Origin: a virus
Lineage: Duplodnaviria; Caudoviricetes
IMG/VR virus record: IMGVR_UViG_3300020037_002952
Span: 32,001 to 96,000 of that record
Length of the DNA stretch: 64,000 bases
Strand: one strand, 5' to 3'
How positions within the stretch are numbered: position 1 is the first letter of the stretch; every line of letters starts with the position of its first letter. Below, piece after piece: positions 28,401 to 37,435 of this stretch. A program made the translations under genes and the position numbers. Under the pieces are notes generated by a model. That model saw only the letters and a program-made list of their open reading frames with translations, did no database searches and was not told the DNA's origin.

Positions 28401-29250
28401 TATCGAAAGAGTAAAAGATCAAGAAATTCGTTGTATCACAGTTGATGCGAAAGACAGCTTGTATCTTATTGGCGAAGAAATGATTGTAACACATAATACG
28501 GTGTGGAGCATCAACATGTTCCATCGCATGAGAATGGCGGACCCGAACTTTAATGTGCTCTTTGTTTCTTTGGAACAAACAAGAAATGAATGGTTCGAGC
28601 GTGCTCATAGAATCCATTCATTTTATGAACCGGGCGTTACGATTATTGATACAGTTAATTACTGGAAAAATAATCTACTTCTCATAGATAAGAACAAGAT
28701 TACCGAAGCTCAATTAATTGATTCGCTAGACCAATATACTTACGAGATGGGCAAAGGCCCAGATTTCACTCTCGTTGATTATGTTGGATACTATGCTCGC
28801 TCATTCAAAGGCAACAGCAAAGAACAAACGCAAGATGCCATCATGGGCATTAAAGAAATAGCTAAAGATTTTGAGACTGTCGTCGGTGCTCCTGCTCAGG
28901 CTAACAGAACTGGGGACATTGGAGAAGAGCTAACGCTAGAGATGTTTAAAGATGCCGCCAGTATCGAAGAGACTTCTGATATCGTTCTTAGCCTCTGGAA
29001 TCCAGACATGAGAGTCAAACAGGATTCTAATGAAGAAAATGCTGGAGTAGTTATGCAAAGACTTCTAAAGTCTAGAAATGGTGGAGTTGGAACTTTATTG
29101 AAATACCAATTTGCTCCACTTACTTTAGCTATGGTTTCTCATGATGATCCTCTTTACGATAGGGCAGTCAGAGAAAGAAGTTATGCTATGGCTGGCGATA
29201 GTTGGAAGGTTGCCGTTCAACGGCACTTGACAAACTCTACAGAACTGTGA
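25429..29250 (+). CDS. DNA primase-helicase (CHC2 zinc finger + TOPRIM + DnaB-like) with two inteins
   Basis: CFFH...CFRC zinc finger; AEGE|CD and FDQDAAG TOPRIM motifs; SRTGSGK|T Walker A; VSLE, VDYVG, AQANR, IEETSD DnaB motifs. Confidence 0.92.
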   Translation: MDIVEYLEEKGCEVRPAGSGNVRTKCFFHGEEGTNQGRLYINIEDPDKEGLFFCFRCQERGNINKIRQHFGDPAIKTTAVESDNPIYETAAKYYHERLFENPEAYRYLTMERGLTDETIIQARLGCADGGLSNHLLAQGYVPELIKDSGLVNAYGQDYFHDKEIIFPYLKFGRAVQLRGKKIGGITKGLQGVQTMLYGTDSMIGEQTVMLAEGECFPGDAQVLTRDGWVSFEDLGDQEVAQVDESLQTTFVKPIAKIEKEFNGDLVEYSNSQRFYSLTTPKHNMVGWRKVNGKRAWAKRTAEEGFPHNYSTPRIGLIDGPGVPISNTQIRFALAVAADFSIREGVGSRYVHAGFQKERKILAIQEILEELGIPYKTAPYKTKKGIYIHFRLPDSYSDPESPLYVSKLLSWSWISEMSLEQKEFVIREQAFWDGNHVRDRNQLEFSSKHYSEAEWMQAMSSTAGYCSTIMPRSNQFGDWYKVSILLDKQTTNWLSLNKSKKYVPYSGQVYCVTVPSGMILVRQDECVSVSGNCDTLTLHQMGFTAVGLPGVHTWKDEWTEDFEDVKRAYIIFDQDAAGRSGAEKLAGKLGPKARIVELPKKGIDINDWYVKYGKQSEDFEFLFSKAKGGMLITVEMSYDRWLEVEGNDHLAGLRFNIAPLDKAMGYGMLPGQVLTIMSRTGSGKGHPLDTRVVTPNGVRYWGDLKEGDYIYGSQGQPTQITNIYDRGILPTYRVSFTDGTNVLCDGDHIWNVHKDTWKDRFDFRNKTTSEILKEGILTIKHGDRNSYRFNIPLTQPIQFPKKDLKIGPYTMGTLLANGHLSGTSTDFRTPDAEVVERIIKEGHEVNSTKQYENTCQGYRVIGVRDFVRQYKVDVKSADKFIPEDYLFSSVDDRIALLQGLMDGDGTNLGVTQKVAYCTTSHQLALDVIQLVRSLGGTGRYTCLNRVGDNGKAYKDIHVSIMMSENIPPFSTSRKAFVPKIIRKHLPRRAIVSIERVKDQEIRCITVDAKDSLYLIGEEMIVTHNTVWSINMFHRMRMADPNFNVLFVSLEQTRNEWFERAHRIHSFYEPGVTIIDTVNYWKNNLLLIDKNKITEAQLIDSLDQYTYEMGKGPDFTLVDYVGYYARSFKGNSKEQTQDAIMGIKEIAKDFETVVGAPAQANRTGDIGEELTLEMFKDAASIEETSDIVLSLWNPDMRVKQDSNEENAGVVMQRLLKSRNGGVGTLLKYQFAPLTLAMVSHDDPLYDRAVRERSYAMAGDSWKVAVQRHLTNSTEL
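26071..27021 (+). mobile_element. Intein 1 (317 aa) in TOPRIM EGE motif of primase
   Basis: CFPGDAQVLTRDGW start; TTPKHNM block B; VYCVTVPSG...VSGN/C end. Confidence 0.92.
27478..28497 (+). mobile_element. Intein 2 (340 aa), class 3 type with LAGLIDADG endonuclease, in helicase Walker A
   Basis: Starts with Gly (GHPLDTRVVTP); Trp in block B (DHIW), Cys in block F (IRCITV), Thr in block G (VTHN/T); LLQGLMDGDG motif. Confidence 0.92.
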
Positions 29251-29262
29251 TAGGATGATATT

Positions 29263-29637
29263 ATGAAAAATCTCACCGAAGACGGTATTGAAACAGTAGA
29301 TGGTAGACCAGTTGAGGTCTATGAAGCTAAGATTATCAATGCCTTTGAAATGGAATGTGATGATGCTATTGGGATTTCTGATGGCGACCTTATGACATTC
29401 ATTGTCACTGTTCGTGCTGAAACGCCCAAGTTTATCAGCGTCAAAAAATCCGGCATTCTTAAACGCCAGAATCAGTTTAGAGTTCAGGAAGTAAAAGTTA
29501 TGGACTCTGATGTAGCAAAACTCGTATATGATACCGCCGAGGTAGCAGTCAGCGGAGTTAATGCCGACCTCGTGAAAGTCTCACATATGAATACTAATGC
29601 ACAACTTGGATTTAACCCAGAGGATGGAAAGCTATGA
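29263..29637 (+). CDS. Hypothetical protein
   Basis: Packed ORF, AGGA RBS. Confidence 0.7.
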   Translation: MKNLTEDGIETVDGRPVEVYEAKIINAFEMECDDAIGISDGDLMTFIVTVRAETPKFISVKKSGILKRQNQFRVQEVKVMDSDVAKLVYDTAEVAVSGVNADLVKVSHMNTNAQLGFNPEDGKL

Positions 29638-29921
29638 CAGAAGAAGAAGCACCAGAAGAAGCACCAGATAAAATAAGCCTTCTACAAGAGGCGCTAGAAT
29701 CAGATATGTTTATTTCTTCTATCTCTTTTGATACAGAGAGTTTACAATTTGATCTCGTTGACGATACTAAGCAATCCGAATCCGTTTTTGTCGGAGAAAC
29801 AATGGTCCTTAAAGTCAAAGGAAACGAAGAGCTTGAAGAAGCATATTATCACTTGCAGGATTTGGCGCAGATTCTCGTGAGAGATGCTCATGTAACACGG
29901 AGAGAAGAATTAAATGGCTAG
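29634..29921 (+). CDS. Hypothetical acidic protein
   Basis: ATGA overlap with upstream gene. Confidence 0.7.
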   Translation: MTEEEAPEEAPDKISLLQEALESDMFISSISFDTESLQFDLVDDTKQSESVFVGETMVLKVKGNEELEEAYYHLQDLAQILVRDAHVTRREELNG

Positions 29922-30078
29922 TAGACCACTGAAAGAACAACTCATTACATATCTTGAAGCAAATACGACAAACCTTAACTTAAACGAGGTAGAGCGGACG
30001 GCAGATCAGATTATTGCGATTGTTTTACAGCACCTTGACGGCACACAACTTACTCTTCCAAACACATCTGATGACTGA
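29914..30078 (+). CDS. Hypothetical 54-aa protein (MASRPLKEQ...)
   Basis: Not in ORF track; fills the gap exactly between flanking genes. Confidence 0.6.
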   Translation: MASRPLKEQLITYLEANTTNLNLNEVERTADQIIAIVLQHLDGTQLTLPNTSDD

Positions 30079-30552
30079 ATGGCCAACGTCAGATGTGGTT
30101 TTTGTAAAACTTTCATACCTAAGGAGAGTGCTATTCCTTACGGCTTATCTCATTTCTGTAATTCAGATTGTCTTACGAGTAAGCGTTTTCAAAAACCACC
30201 CCCCCAAAAGTCGGTGAAAAAAAATGTTAAAAAGAAAACCAAAGCTCCAGGTCTTACAGCAGAAACGAGAGAGCAAGTATTACACAGAGACTCATACAGA
30301 TGCAGGTTCTGCGGTACTCATCAAGATTTATGTGTTCATCATGTGGTGTATAAGAGTGACCCAAAAAATAGACCGTGGGAAAATCAAACCTCGAATCTGA
30401 TCACACTTTGCAACCAAATTTGCCACCTAAACAAGGTGCATGGCAACAAGAAGAAGTATCAAAAACTTTGCCTACAAATTATTTGGCTGGCAGAAGTTAT
30501 GAATGATAAGCATACAACAATACAACAATTGGAAAAACAAAATGATAATTAG
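30079..30552 (+). CDS. HNH endonuclease with N-terminal zinc finger
   Basis: CGFC...CNSDC; RDSYRCRFCG...VHHV...NLITLCNQICH. Confidence 0.85.
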   Translation: MANVRCGFCKTFIPKESAIPYGLSHFCNSDCLTSKRFQKPPPQKSVKKNVKKKTKAPGLTAETREQVLHRDSYRCRFCGTHQDLCVHHVVYKSDPKNRPWENQTSNLITLCNQICHLNKVHGNKKKYQKLCLQIIWLAEVMNDKHTTIQQLEKQNDN

Positions 30553-30790
30553 TACACGAGAATATACGATAGTTACCACTAGGCGTACTCCACATTCTAA
30601 TGTAGACTGGTCAATTAGGGGTACAGTTGGAGAAGAAATCGCTCAATCTAGTTCTTGGTTCGGATGTCCTACACATAGAAGCGCTCGAAAAGCGGCTAAG
30701 CGTTGGCTGAAGCAGAATGCTGCACCAGTCGATCAAAGGCCAGCTAAAGTAAAGACAACTAAATACACAATGAAATTTGAGGACAAATGA
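30542..30790 (+). CDS. Hypothetical protein
   Basis: Packed ORF. Confidence 0.6.
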   Translation: MIISTREYTIVTTRRTPHSNVDWSIRGTVGEEIAQSSSWFGCPTHRSARKAAKRWLKQNAAPVDQRPAKVKTTKYTMKFEDK

Positions 30791-31050
30791 GAATTAAGAA
30801 CATATCTTTAGACGATGAGGAAATGCCGGAGATAATTCTGGCAGAGCTAACCATAAAAGAGCTTGCTCTGATTCACTTTTTAGTTGGAGGATTACGACCA
30901 GATCAACTTAACGAAGCATTGGGATTCGATTATAAAATTTCGTCTGATATTTTCAACGGGGCTTGTCAGGTTTTTAATCGATTTTGGGATGACGGAGTGA
31001 ACGAATATGCTTCTTGTAAATCGCCAACCGTTACTTTATCAAGGGGATAA
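30787..31050 (+). CDS. Hypothetical protein
   Basis: ATGA overlap, GAGGA RBS. Confidence 0.7.
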   Translation: MRIKNISLDDEEMPEIILAELTIKELALIHFLVGGLRPDQLNEALGFDYKISSDIFNGACQVFNRFWDDGVNEYASCKSPTVTLSRG

Positions 31051-31052
31051 TA

Positions 31053-31247
31053 ATGCATCATAAATTGGAAGACGTTAAGAAAGAAAGATCTTTGCCAGAA
31101 CGATTAAGACGGGCGGCTGAGTTACATTCAGAGACTAAAGATTTACTTTTAGAAGCTGCTAATGAAATTGAAAGACTCAGACCACGAGTGGCCGCATCTG
31201 GTCCGAATCATTACAGTTTTCATAAAGATATGTGGGAGAACGACTGA
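31053..31247 (+). CDS. Hypothetical protein
   Basis: LLLEAANEIERLR motif of the kind seen in small phage proteins. Confidence 0.65.
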   Translation: MHHKLEDVKKERSLPERLRRAAELHSETKDLLLEAANEIERLRPRVAASGPNHYSFHKDMWEND

Positions 31248-31546
31248 TGAAGTCAATTCAAGATATGGTTATCGACGACATTGAAGAACGTAAGAAGATT
31301 GGCATCGAAACGTATGGCGAAGAACTTTTTCAGAATCGTCACGGAAGAAATATGCTTGTTGAAGCGTATGCCGAAGCGATGGATTTGGTGATTTATTTAA
31401 AGTGTGCTATAGTTGAACAAGAAGAAAATGAGAAAGCTAAGGAATTTGGTGTGCCTACAGAAACCTCGATTCGTCACAGTGATGGATCGAAAGAAAATGT
31501 CATGCGAATTCCGCTAAGAGATATCTATACGCCACCGACCTCTTGA
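31247..31546 (+). CDS. MazG-like all-alpha nucleotide pyrophosphohydrolase candidate
   Basis: RKKIGIETYG...EAYAEAMDLVIYL (E-x3-E-x2-D pattern). Confidence 0.55.
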   Translation: MKSIQDMVIDDIEERKKIGIETYGEELFQNRHGRNMLVEAYAEAMDLVIYLKCAIVEQEENEKAKEFGVPTETSIRHSDGSKENVMRIPLRDIYTPPTS

Positions 31547-31556
31547 AAAGAGTCAA

Positions 31557-34500
31557 GTGAAACAATTTGTTAACCTTCACGCACATTCATCTTACAGTCA
31601 ATTAGATGGTGCTTCTAAAATCTCAGAATATGTAGCAAGAGTTAAAGAACTTGGTATGCCGAGCGCTGGTATCAGCGATCACGGGAACTTAAGTGGCATC
31701 ATTGACTTCTATAAAGAATGTAAAAAACAAGAAGTAAGACCTGTACTTGGTATTGAGGCATATTTTACTGACAATAGATTCCTCCGGGAAGGCGTGAAAC
31801 AAGAAGATGCTAATGGCGAAATCACTGGTAGTGATAAACGATATTATCATCTTAGTGTTTATGCTGAGAACAACGAAGGCTACCACAATCTTCTAAAGCT
31901 CTCTAGCGACTCTTACTTAAATGGCTTCTATCATAAAGCTAGGGCTGACTATTCTTCGCTGGCACAGTATTCAAAAGGGCTTATTGTTGGCTCGGGCTGT
32001 CTGGGTGGCCCAGTTCTACAACCTTTGTTAAATGGAAACTTTCTTGCTGCCTTAGATACTGCACAGAGATTGCAGGACATCGTTGGGAAAGATAACTTCT
32101 TTATTGAGTTAATGAATCATGGACTCCCGGAGCAGAAGAAAACTAATCCTTTACTTTTAGATATCGCTAAAAGAATCGGAGCGCAAGCCTACGCTAGCCA
32201 AGATTCACATTATACTCATAAACATGATGCTCCTGCACATGAGATCCTTTTATGCTGCTCTACCGGAAGTCAGCTTTCTGATCCTAAGAGATTCCACTTT
32301 CATAACGATGAATACTATCTTAAGTCTTCTGAAGAAATGCGGACGATCTTTGCCGACAATGAAGAAGTTTGCGATAATACGTTAGTGATTGCAGAGCGAT
32401 GCAATGTGGATATTGATTTTGATAGTCTGCACTTGCCTCAATTCCCTGTCCCAGAAGGATTTAAAGACGACGTAGAATATTTAGTTCATCTTGTGGTGAA
32501 AGGTATTCAAGAAAAATTCCCCAATGCTTCAGAAGAAGTTTGGGAGCGTGCTGAGTATGAACTTGGAGTCTTCCAGTCTATGGGTGTTTCTTCATACATG
32601 CTTATCATTTGGGACATCATTGAGTTTGCTAAACGAGAAGGAATGTTTATTTCTCCTGGTCGTGGATCAGTTGCTGGTTGTTTTGTCGCGTATTTATTAG
32701 GGATTACCAAAGTTGATCCATTAAAGTATGGGCTAATCTTCGAACGGTTTCTTAACCCGAGTCGTATTGCTCTACCTGACGTGGACTTGGATCTCGAACA
32801 AAGGTACAGAGAAAAGGTTATCAACTATACTATTGATCAGTATGGTCGAGACTTCGTTGCACAGATCACAACGTTTAACACGATTAAAGCAAGAACGGCT
32901 GTGAGAGACGCTGCGAGAGTTTTGGGTCATCCGCCTCAGATGGGTAATCAGATCTCTAAACTCATGCCACAGCTTATCAGCGGAGTTGATACGCCTCTTT
33001 GGGCTTGCCTTGAAAAGAGTCCTAAATATGAGCAAGGTTATCATAACGCTCAGGGATTGCGAGATCTGTATAACTCCGACAATAATGTAAAGATCATTAT
33101 TGATGCTGCCGTTGGGATCGAAGGTCTTATTAAATCTTCCGGCAAACATGCCGCTGCTGTGGTTATTGGTGATCGTCCCTTAAACGAACTCGTTCCACTT
33201 ATGTATGATAAAGATGGTGGAGTTGTTATCCAGTGGGGCAAAAAGACTGTTGAAGCTTTGGGTCTTGTAAAGATGGATTACCTTGGCCTAAAAAACCTTG
33301 ACATTCTCTCCGACACTCAAGCATTGATCAGAAAAGATGATCCGAGTTTTGATATTGATGAACTGCCGATGGACGATCCAGAAACTTACGGGATGTTAAG
33401 AGAAGGCTTTTCACTTGGCTGTTTCCAGATTGAGGGAAGTGGGATGAGAGAGCTTCTTAAACGGCTTAAACCAAGCGGGATTAACGATCTCTCGGCTGTT
33501 CTAGCTCTTTATCGCCCAGGTCCAATGGCGTCAAACTGGCATAATGATTATGCTGATAGAAAAAACGGGCGTCAAGTTGCGATACCATTCCACGAGGATG
33601 CTAGAGATATCCTTGAATCTACCTATCAGCTTTGTATCTATCAAGAGCAGATCCTAAAGATCGCCAACAAGTTCGCCGGATACTCTCTAACAGAGGCTGA
33701 CAACCTACGGAAGATTATTGGTAAAAAAGAGATAGATGAAATGAAGGCAGAGTCCGGCAAGTTCATTGACGGATGTATCGATCAAGGTTATGAACCAGAG
33801 ATGGCTCAGGATCTTTTCCATGCACTCGAAGGATTTAGTGCTTATGGATTCAACTCTGCTCACTCTATGGCGTATGCTTTCATCTCTTATTGGACAGCTT
33901 ACTTAAAGAAGCATTATCCAAGAGAGTACATGGCCAGCCTATGCTCTGCTGTTATGGATGATCTTGATAGCACTGCTGTTTATCTCAATGAAGCCCGCAG
34001 AATGGGTCTAGCAATTTACCCGCCAGATCTAAATACTTCAGCGACAGAATACACAGTTGAGTCTGATGGCATTCGTATTGGTCTAAACACATTGAAAAAT
34101 GTTGGTGAAGCTCCGACGGTAAAAATTATTGAGGAAAGAACTATTAAACCATTTGATAGTCTCTATGATTTTGCATACAGAGTTAATCCTAATGTTAAGA
34201 CCCTACGCTCTTTGGCTTGGGCTGGTGCTTTAGATCAGTACGGGACTCGTCAAGGAATCGGCATTGTTGCGGAAGACATTCTAAAAGCAACAAGAAAAGA
34301 ACGTAAAAAGTCTGAGAATCAACTTGGTCTTTTCGAAGAAGCAGATGTTGGAGTAGATTTTCAGATCCCCAATACAGAATTCCAGTGGCATGAATTTCTT
34401 AACAAAGAAAAAGAAACGTTAGGACTTTATGTTTCTGGTCATCCTTTATCAGATTACGGCGAGTACAAAACAGACGTAACGATTAGCGACATTAAATCTA

Positions 34501-35000
34501 CTGATCAAAACAAATCATTCAAAGTTTTAGCTATGATTAATACGCTTGAGATTAAATACACTAAAAAGCAAGAGATCATGGCTATTCTTTCGGTAGAAGA
34601 TGAGACTGGAACAATAGAAGTTGTTGTTTTCCCAAGCCAATATACTAAAGCTTGCAAAGATCTTATTGCTGGTGCTATCGCTCATCTTTGGATTCGTCCT
34701 GGATCTGATTACCGAGATGAAAAGAATTATATTCTCGGTGGCGCAGAAGGAATTAAATCAAAAATCCAAGTTGCAACGGACGAAAGATTCGGAGTATTTC
34801 TTCCGAGAGGGTTAAATCGCAGCACAGAGCACATGGGAAAACTCAAAGCTATTCTTTTGCAAAATAAAGGAAGAACACCCATTGATGTATACATTAGTAG
34901 GTCTACAACTTTAAGTATGGAAGACGTATTTCTTGTAGATGATAGTGAGAAATTCCGACTTGAAATCAAGAATCTTTTTATCGATTATGCGTCGATATAA
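31557..35000 (+). CDS. dnaE: DNA polymerase III alpha subunit
   Basis: PHP HAHSSYSQLDG/SDHGN; GRGS; PDVDLD catalytic motif; YGFNSAH; C-terminal OB fold. Confidence 0.97.
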   Translation: MKQFVNLHAHSSYSQLDGASKISEYVARVKELGMPSAGISDHGNLSGIIDFYKECKKQEVRPVLGIEAYFTDNRFLREGVKQEDANGEITGSDKRYYHLSVYAENNEGYHNLLKLSSDSYLNGFYHKARADYSSLAQYSKGLIVGSGCLGGPVLQPLLNGNFLAALDTAQRLQDIVGKDNFFIELMNHGLPEQKKTNPLLLDIAKRIGAQAYASQDSHYTHKHDAPAHEILLCCSTGSQLSDPKRFHFHNDEYYLKSSEEMRTIFADNEEVCDNTLVIAERCNVDIDFDSLHLPQFPVPEGFKDDVEYLVHLVVKGIQEKFPNASEEVWERAEYELGVFQSMGVSSYMLIIWDIIEFAKREGMFISPGRGSVAGCFVAYLLGITKVDPLKYGLIFERFLNPSRIALPDVDLDLEQRYREKVINYTIDQYGRDFVAQITTFNTIKARTAVRDAARVLGHPPQMGNQISKLMPQLISGVDTPLWACLEKSPKYEQGYHNAQGLRDLYNSDNNVKIIIDAAVGIEGLIKSSGKHAAAVVIGDRPLNELVPLMYDKDGGVVIQWGKKTVEALGLVKMDYLGLKNLDILSDTQALIRKDDPSFDIDELPMDDPETYGMLREGFSLGCFQIEGSGMRELLKRLKPSGINDLSAVLALYRPGPMASNWHNDYADRKNGRQVAIPFHEDARDILESTYQLCIYQEQILKIANKFAGYSLTEADNLRKIIGKKEIDEMKAESGKFIDGCIDQGYEPEMAQDLFHALEGFSAYGFNSAHSMAYAFISYWTAYLKKHYPREYMASLCSAVMDDLDSTAVYLNEARRMGLAIYPPDLNTSATEYTVESDGIRIGLNTLKNVGEAPTVKIIEERTIKPFDSLYDFAYRVNPNVKTLRSLAWAGALDQYGTRQGIGIVAEDILKATRKERKKSENQLGLFEEADVGVDFQIPNTEFQWHEFLNKEKETLGLYVSGHPLSDYGEYKTDVTISDIKSTDQNKSFKVLAMINTLEIKYTKKQEIMAILSVEDETGTIEVVVFPSQYTKACKDLIAGAIAHLWIRPGSDYRDEKNYILGGAEGIKSKIQVATDERFGVFLPRGLNRSTEHMGKLKAILLQNKGRTPIDVYISRSTTLSMEDVFLVDDSEKFRLEIKNLFIDYASI

Positions 35001-35058
35001 TAAGTATGACAAACAGAAAGAAAGATATGAAAACTAAACAACAGGTGGCCGAGTCGTA

Positions 35059-35187
35059 ATGGGAGACGGTAATCCGTGGTCTTATGATAAAAAGCAGGCC
35101 AAGAAGAAAAAGAAACAAATGCAAGCAAATTGGTATAGAGAAACAGAAGAGGATTATGGCCAAGACGGCAAAAAAAAGTCTCAGTGA
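35059..35187 (+). CDS. Possible 42-aa basic protein (MGDGNPWSYDKK...)
   Basis: Short ORF between dnaE and recA, overlapping the recA start. Confidence 0.35.
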   Translation: MGDGNPWSYDKKQAKKKKKQMQANWYRETEEDYGQDGKKKSQ

Positions 35188-36124
35188 TATTGGTAACCTT
35201 GAACGGTTAGATGATATTGAAGATAGAGAAAAGATCCCAACAGGTATCTACAACCTAGATAAGATTCTCACAGGAGGGATTCCCAAAGGAACCATTGTTG
35301 AAGCTTTCGGCAAAGAAGGTGGAGCTAAAAGTTGTATTGGACTTCAACTTATCGGTCAAGCTCAAAATCATGGTGAATGTGTTTACTACGATCTAGAAAA
35401 TGCTTTCGATCCTAAAAAGGCCGCTAACTCCGGCATCGACACAAAGAAGCTTTATTTTGGTAAGCCTTCTTCTGGCGAGGAAATGTTTGGTGAGCTTGAA
35501 GAAATTCTTGGAACTCCTGGTGTTTCTTGTGTTGTGATTGACTCAGTTGCAGCGATCCAAACAGAAGCGCAGCTTGCTGGTGATTATGGAGATGCTCTTG
35601 TTGCTAGTCTCGCTCGACTTATGTCTCCGGGCTTAGGTAAGTTGAATGACTTTATGCGTCAAAATAATCCTGACACCATCTTGTTCTTCATCAATCAGGT
35701 CCGAGAAAACATTGGTGGCTTCGGAGGCGGGTTTAGTTCTGGTCCTACAGAGTTTACTCCTGGTGGCCGTGGGCTAAAGTTTTATGCTTCTACTCGATTA
35801 AAGGTTGCTCGTATGCAGACCCTCAAGAATAATGAGGTTGCCTATGGACAGAAAACTGTTGTTGAAAGTGTGAAGAGCAGATTCTCCCCTCCTTTTCAGA
35901 AGACAACTTTCGACTTATATTACGATACTGACATAGGAGTGAGTAACGAATCATCAATTTTCGATGACGCTGTTTCAGCGGGACTCATTAAGAAAGCAGG
36001 CTCGTGGTATAGTAACGCAGATGGCGAATCTCTGGGCCAAGGAAAGGATAAGGTGCTCGCTAAAATGCGTAGTGAACCAGATTTTACTGCTGATCTATTG
36101 GCTAAAATTGAGGGTTCTGAGTAA
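35156..36124 (+). CDS. recA: RecA-family recombinase
   Basis: GGIPKG..VEAFGKEGGAKS, DLENAFDP, VIDSVAA, ARLMS, FINQVR, TPGGRGLKFYAS; GAGGA RBS before ATG 35156. Confidence 0.95.
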   Translation: MAKTAKKSLSDIGNLERLDDIEDREKIPTGIYNLDKILTGGIPKGTIVEAFGKEGGAKSCIGLQLIGQAQNHGECVYYDLENAFDPKKAANSGIDTKKLYFGKPSSGEEMFGELEEILGTPGVSCVVIDSVAAIQTEAQLAGDYGDALVASLARLMSPGLGKLNDFMRQNNPDTILFFINQVRENIGGFGGGFSSGPTEFTPGGRGLKFYASTRLKVARMQTLKNNEVAYGQKTVVESVKSRFSPPFQKTTFDLYYDTDIGVSNESSIFDDAVSAGLIKKAGSWYSNADGESLGQGKDKVLAKMRSEPDFTADLLAKIEGSE

Positions 36125-36129
36125 CCGAC

Positions 36130-36158
36130 TTGACAAAACTGTAACATTGTCGTAATAT
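36130..36158 (+). promoter_or_regulatory. sigma70-type promoter
   Basis: TTGACA - 17 nt - TAATAT. Confidence 0.65.
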
Positions 36159-36160
36159 AT

Positions 36161-36245
36161 AGGTAGAGTGTTTCACTCACCTCAAATCCAAGCCAGTGAG
36201 AATCTGGATGGTAAAGCGGTGGCTCTCGGGTCGCCGCTTTGTTTT
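36161..36245 (+). ncRNA. Candidate structured leader / small RNA ending in an intrinsic terminator
   Basis: Three consecutive hairpins: AGGTAGAGTG/CACTCACCT; CCA-CCAG-TGAGAAT-CTGG-TGG; AAAGCGGTGGC/GTCGCCGCTTT followed by GTTTT. Confidence 0.45.
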
Positions 36246-36268
36246 ATCCCACGACGGAAGGAATTTCC

Positions 36269-36691
36269 ATGTTACGAAAAACAAGTATAATTATCATTGC
36301 CCTATTAGCCCTAGTTTCTGTGTCATGCACGAAACGTGAAGTTGAGATTTATAAACAGCTACATCCATACCAACAAGAGCAGGTCATCAAAGCCCATGCT
36401 CACAAACAACCAAAAGTAATTCAACGAGTTTCTCAACCAAGAAGTGTTGAGCAAATGATTCGAGATCGGTGGCCAGACGAACATGAAGATCGGGCAGTAA
36501 GGATTGCAAAGTGTGAAAGCGGGCTAGTCGCTACGGCTCGTAATCGTCATTCCTCCGCTTCGGGAGTCTTTCAAATGATCAAAGCGCACTGGCAGGGCCG
36601 ATGGAACCCATTCGACGCAAAAGCTAATATTGAGGGAGCATATCAGTTGTGGCTACGTTCAGGATGGCGTCCATGGGTCTGTAAGGGATAG
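36269..36691 (+). CDS. Lipoprotein lytic transglycosylase (SLT/Rpf-like)
   Basis: Signal peptide ending VSVS-C; IAKCESG catalytic Glu; ASGVFQM; GWRPWVC. Confidence 0.85.
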   Translation: MLRKTSIIIIALLALVSVSCTKREVEIYKQLHPYQQEQVIKAHAHKQPKVIQRVSQPRSVEQMIRDRWPDEHEDRAVRIAKCESGLVATARNRHSSASGVFQMIKAHWQGRWNPFDAKANIEGAYQLWLRSGWRPWVCKG

Positions 36692-36703
36692 GAGAAAATT
36701 TTA

Positions 36704-37354
36704 ATGCCTAAAATTATACGATACTTTCCTGGAGAAAGGTACGGAAAACTCATTTTCATCGAAGAGATCAAATCCAAAATTGGGTCAAATGGTTATAAAA
36801 AACGATTTGGAGAATTTCTTTGCGATTGTGGTAACATCTGTCAAGTATATATGGGAGATGTTAGAAGTGGACATACCAAAAGTTGTGGCTGCCTAGTTGC
36901 TGAAACTACGATTTTAAGATCTACTATCCACGGAAAATCTAAAGGAGGTAAAAATGACCCATTATATCAATCCTGGCTTTCAATGAACCGGAGAACCTCG
37001 GAAAAATATTGGGTTAAAAATCCTAGTTATACTGGAGTTTTGCGCGATGAGCGTTGGATGACCTTTCAAGGATTTATAGATAACCCACCTTCGGGAGAAT
37101 TTGAGCCTGGTAAAGTTTTAGCTAGAACTGGAGATATAGGAAATTATTCTCCAGAAAATTGCAGGTGGGCCTCTAAGTCAGAAAATCTAGCAGAGTATAT
37201 TGAACATAGCGAAACTAAATTGCCTGATGGACGTGGGGCAAGCAAAGTGGCCGCTGAACACGGAATACCTATTAAGCAATGGTGGGCAAGAGTTAACGTT
37301 CTTGGATGGGACATTGAGCGAGCAGTTACTACACCAATCAAAAGTAAAAGTTAA
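36704..37354 (+). CDS. HNH-type homing endonuclease (possibly degenerate)
   Basis: YGKL...FLCDCGN...KSCGC N-terminus; LYQSWLSM; GNYSPENCRWAS. Confidence 0.8.
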   Translation: MPKIIRYFPGERYGKLIFIEEIKSKIGSNGYKKRFGEFLCDCGNICQVYMGDVRSGHTKSCGCLVAETTILRSTIHGKSKGGKNDPLYQSWLSMNRRTSEKYWVKNPSYTGVLRDERWMTFQGFIDNPPSGEFEPGKVLARTGDIGNYSPENCRWASKSENLAEYIEHSETKLPDGRGASKVAAEHGIPIKQWWARVNVLGWDIERAVTTPIKSKS

Positions 37355-37386
37355 GTAAAGGATAGATTAAAATTTAACCTAGAACG

Positions 37387-37435
37387 CAAAAAATCCCCTG
37401 ACTTTCCAGTAAATCTGGTGAGTCAGGGGATTTTG
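37387..37435. terminator. Bidirectional intrinsic terminator at end of + arm
   Basis: CAAAAAATCCCCTGACT...AGTCAGGGGATTTTG. Confidence 0.85.

Noticed and set aside
35084-35155. N-terminal extension of RecA
   Set aside because: The ATG at 35156 has a GAGGA RBS and gives a normal RecA length.
36161-36245. Cobalamin, FMN or c-di-AMP riboswitch
   Set aside because: Only a T-loop-like hairpin is shared; the other conserved elements and the required length are absent.
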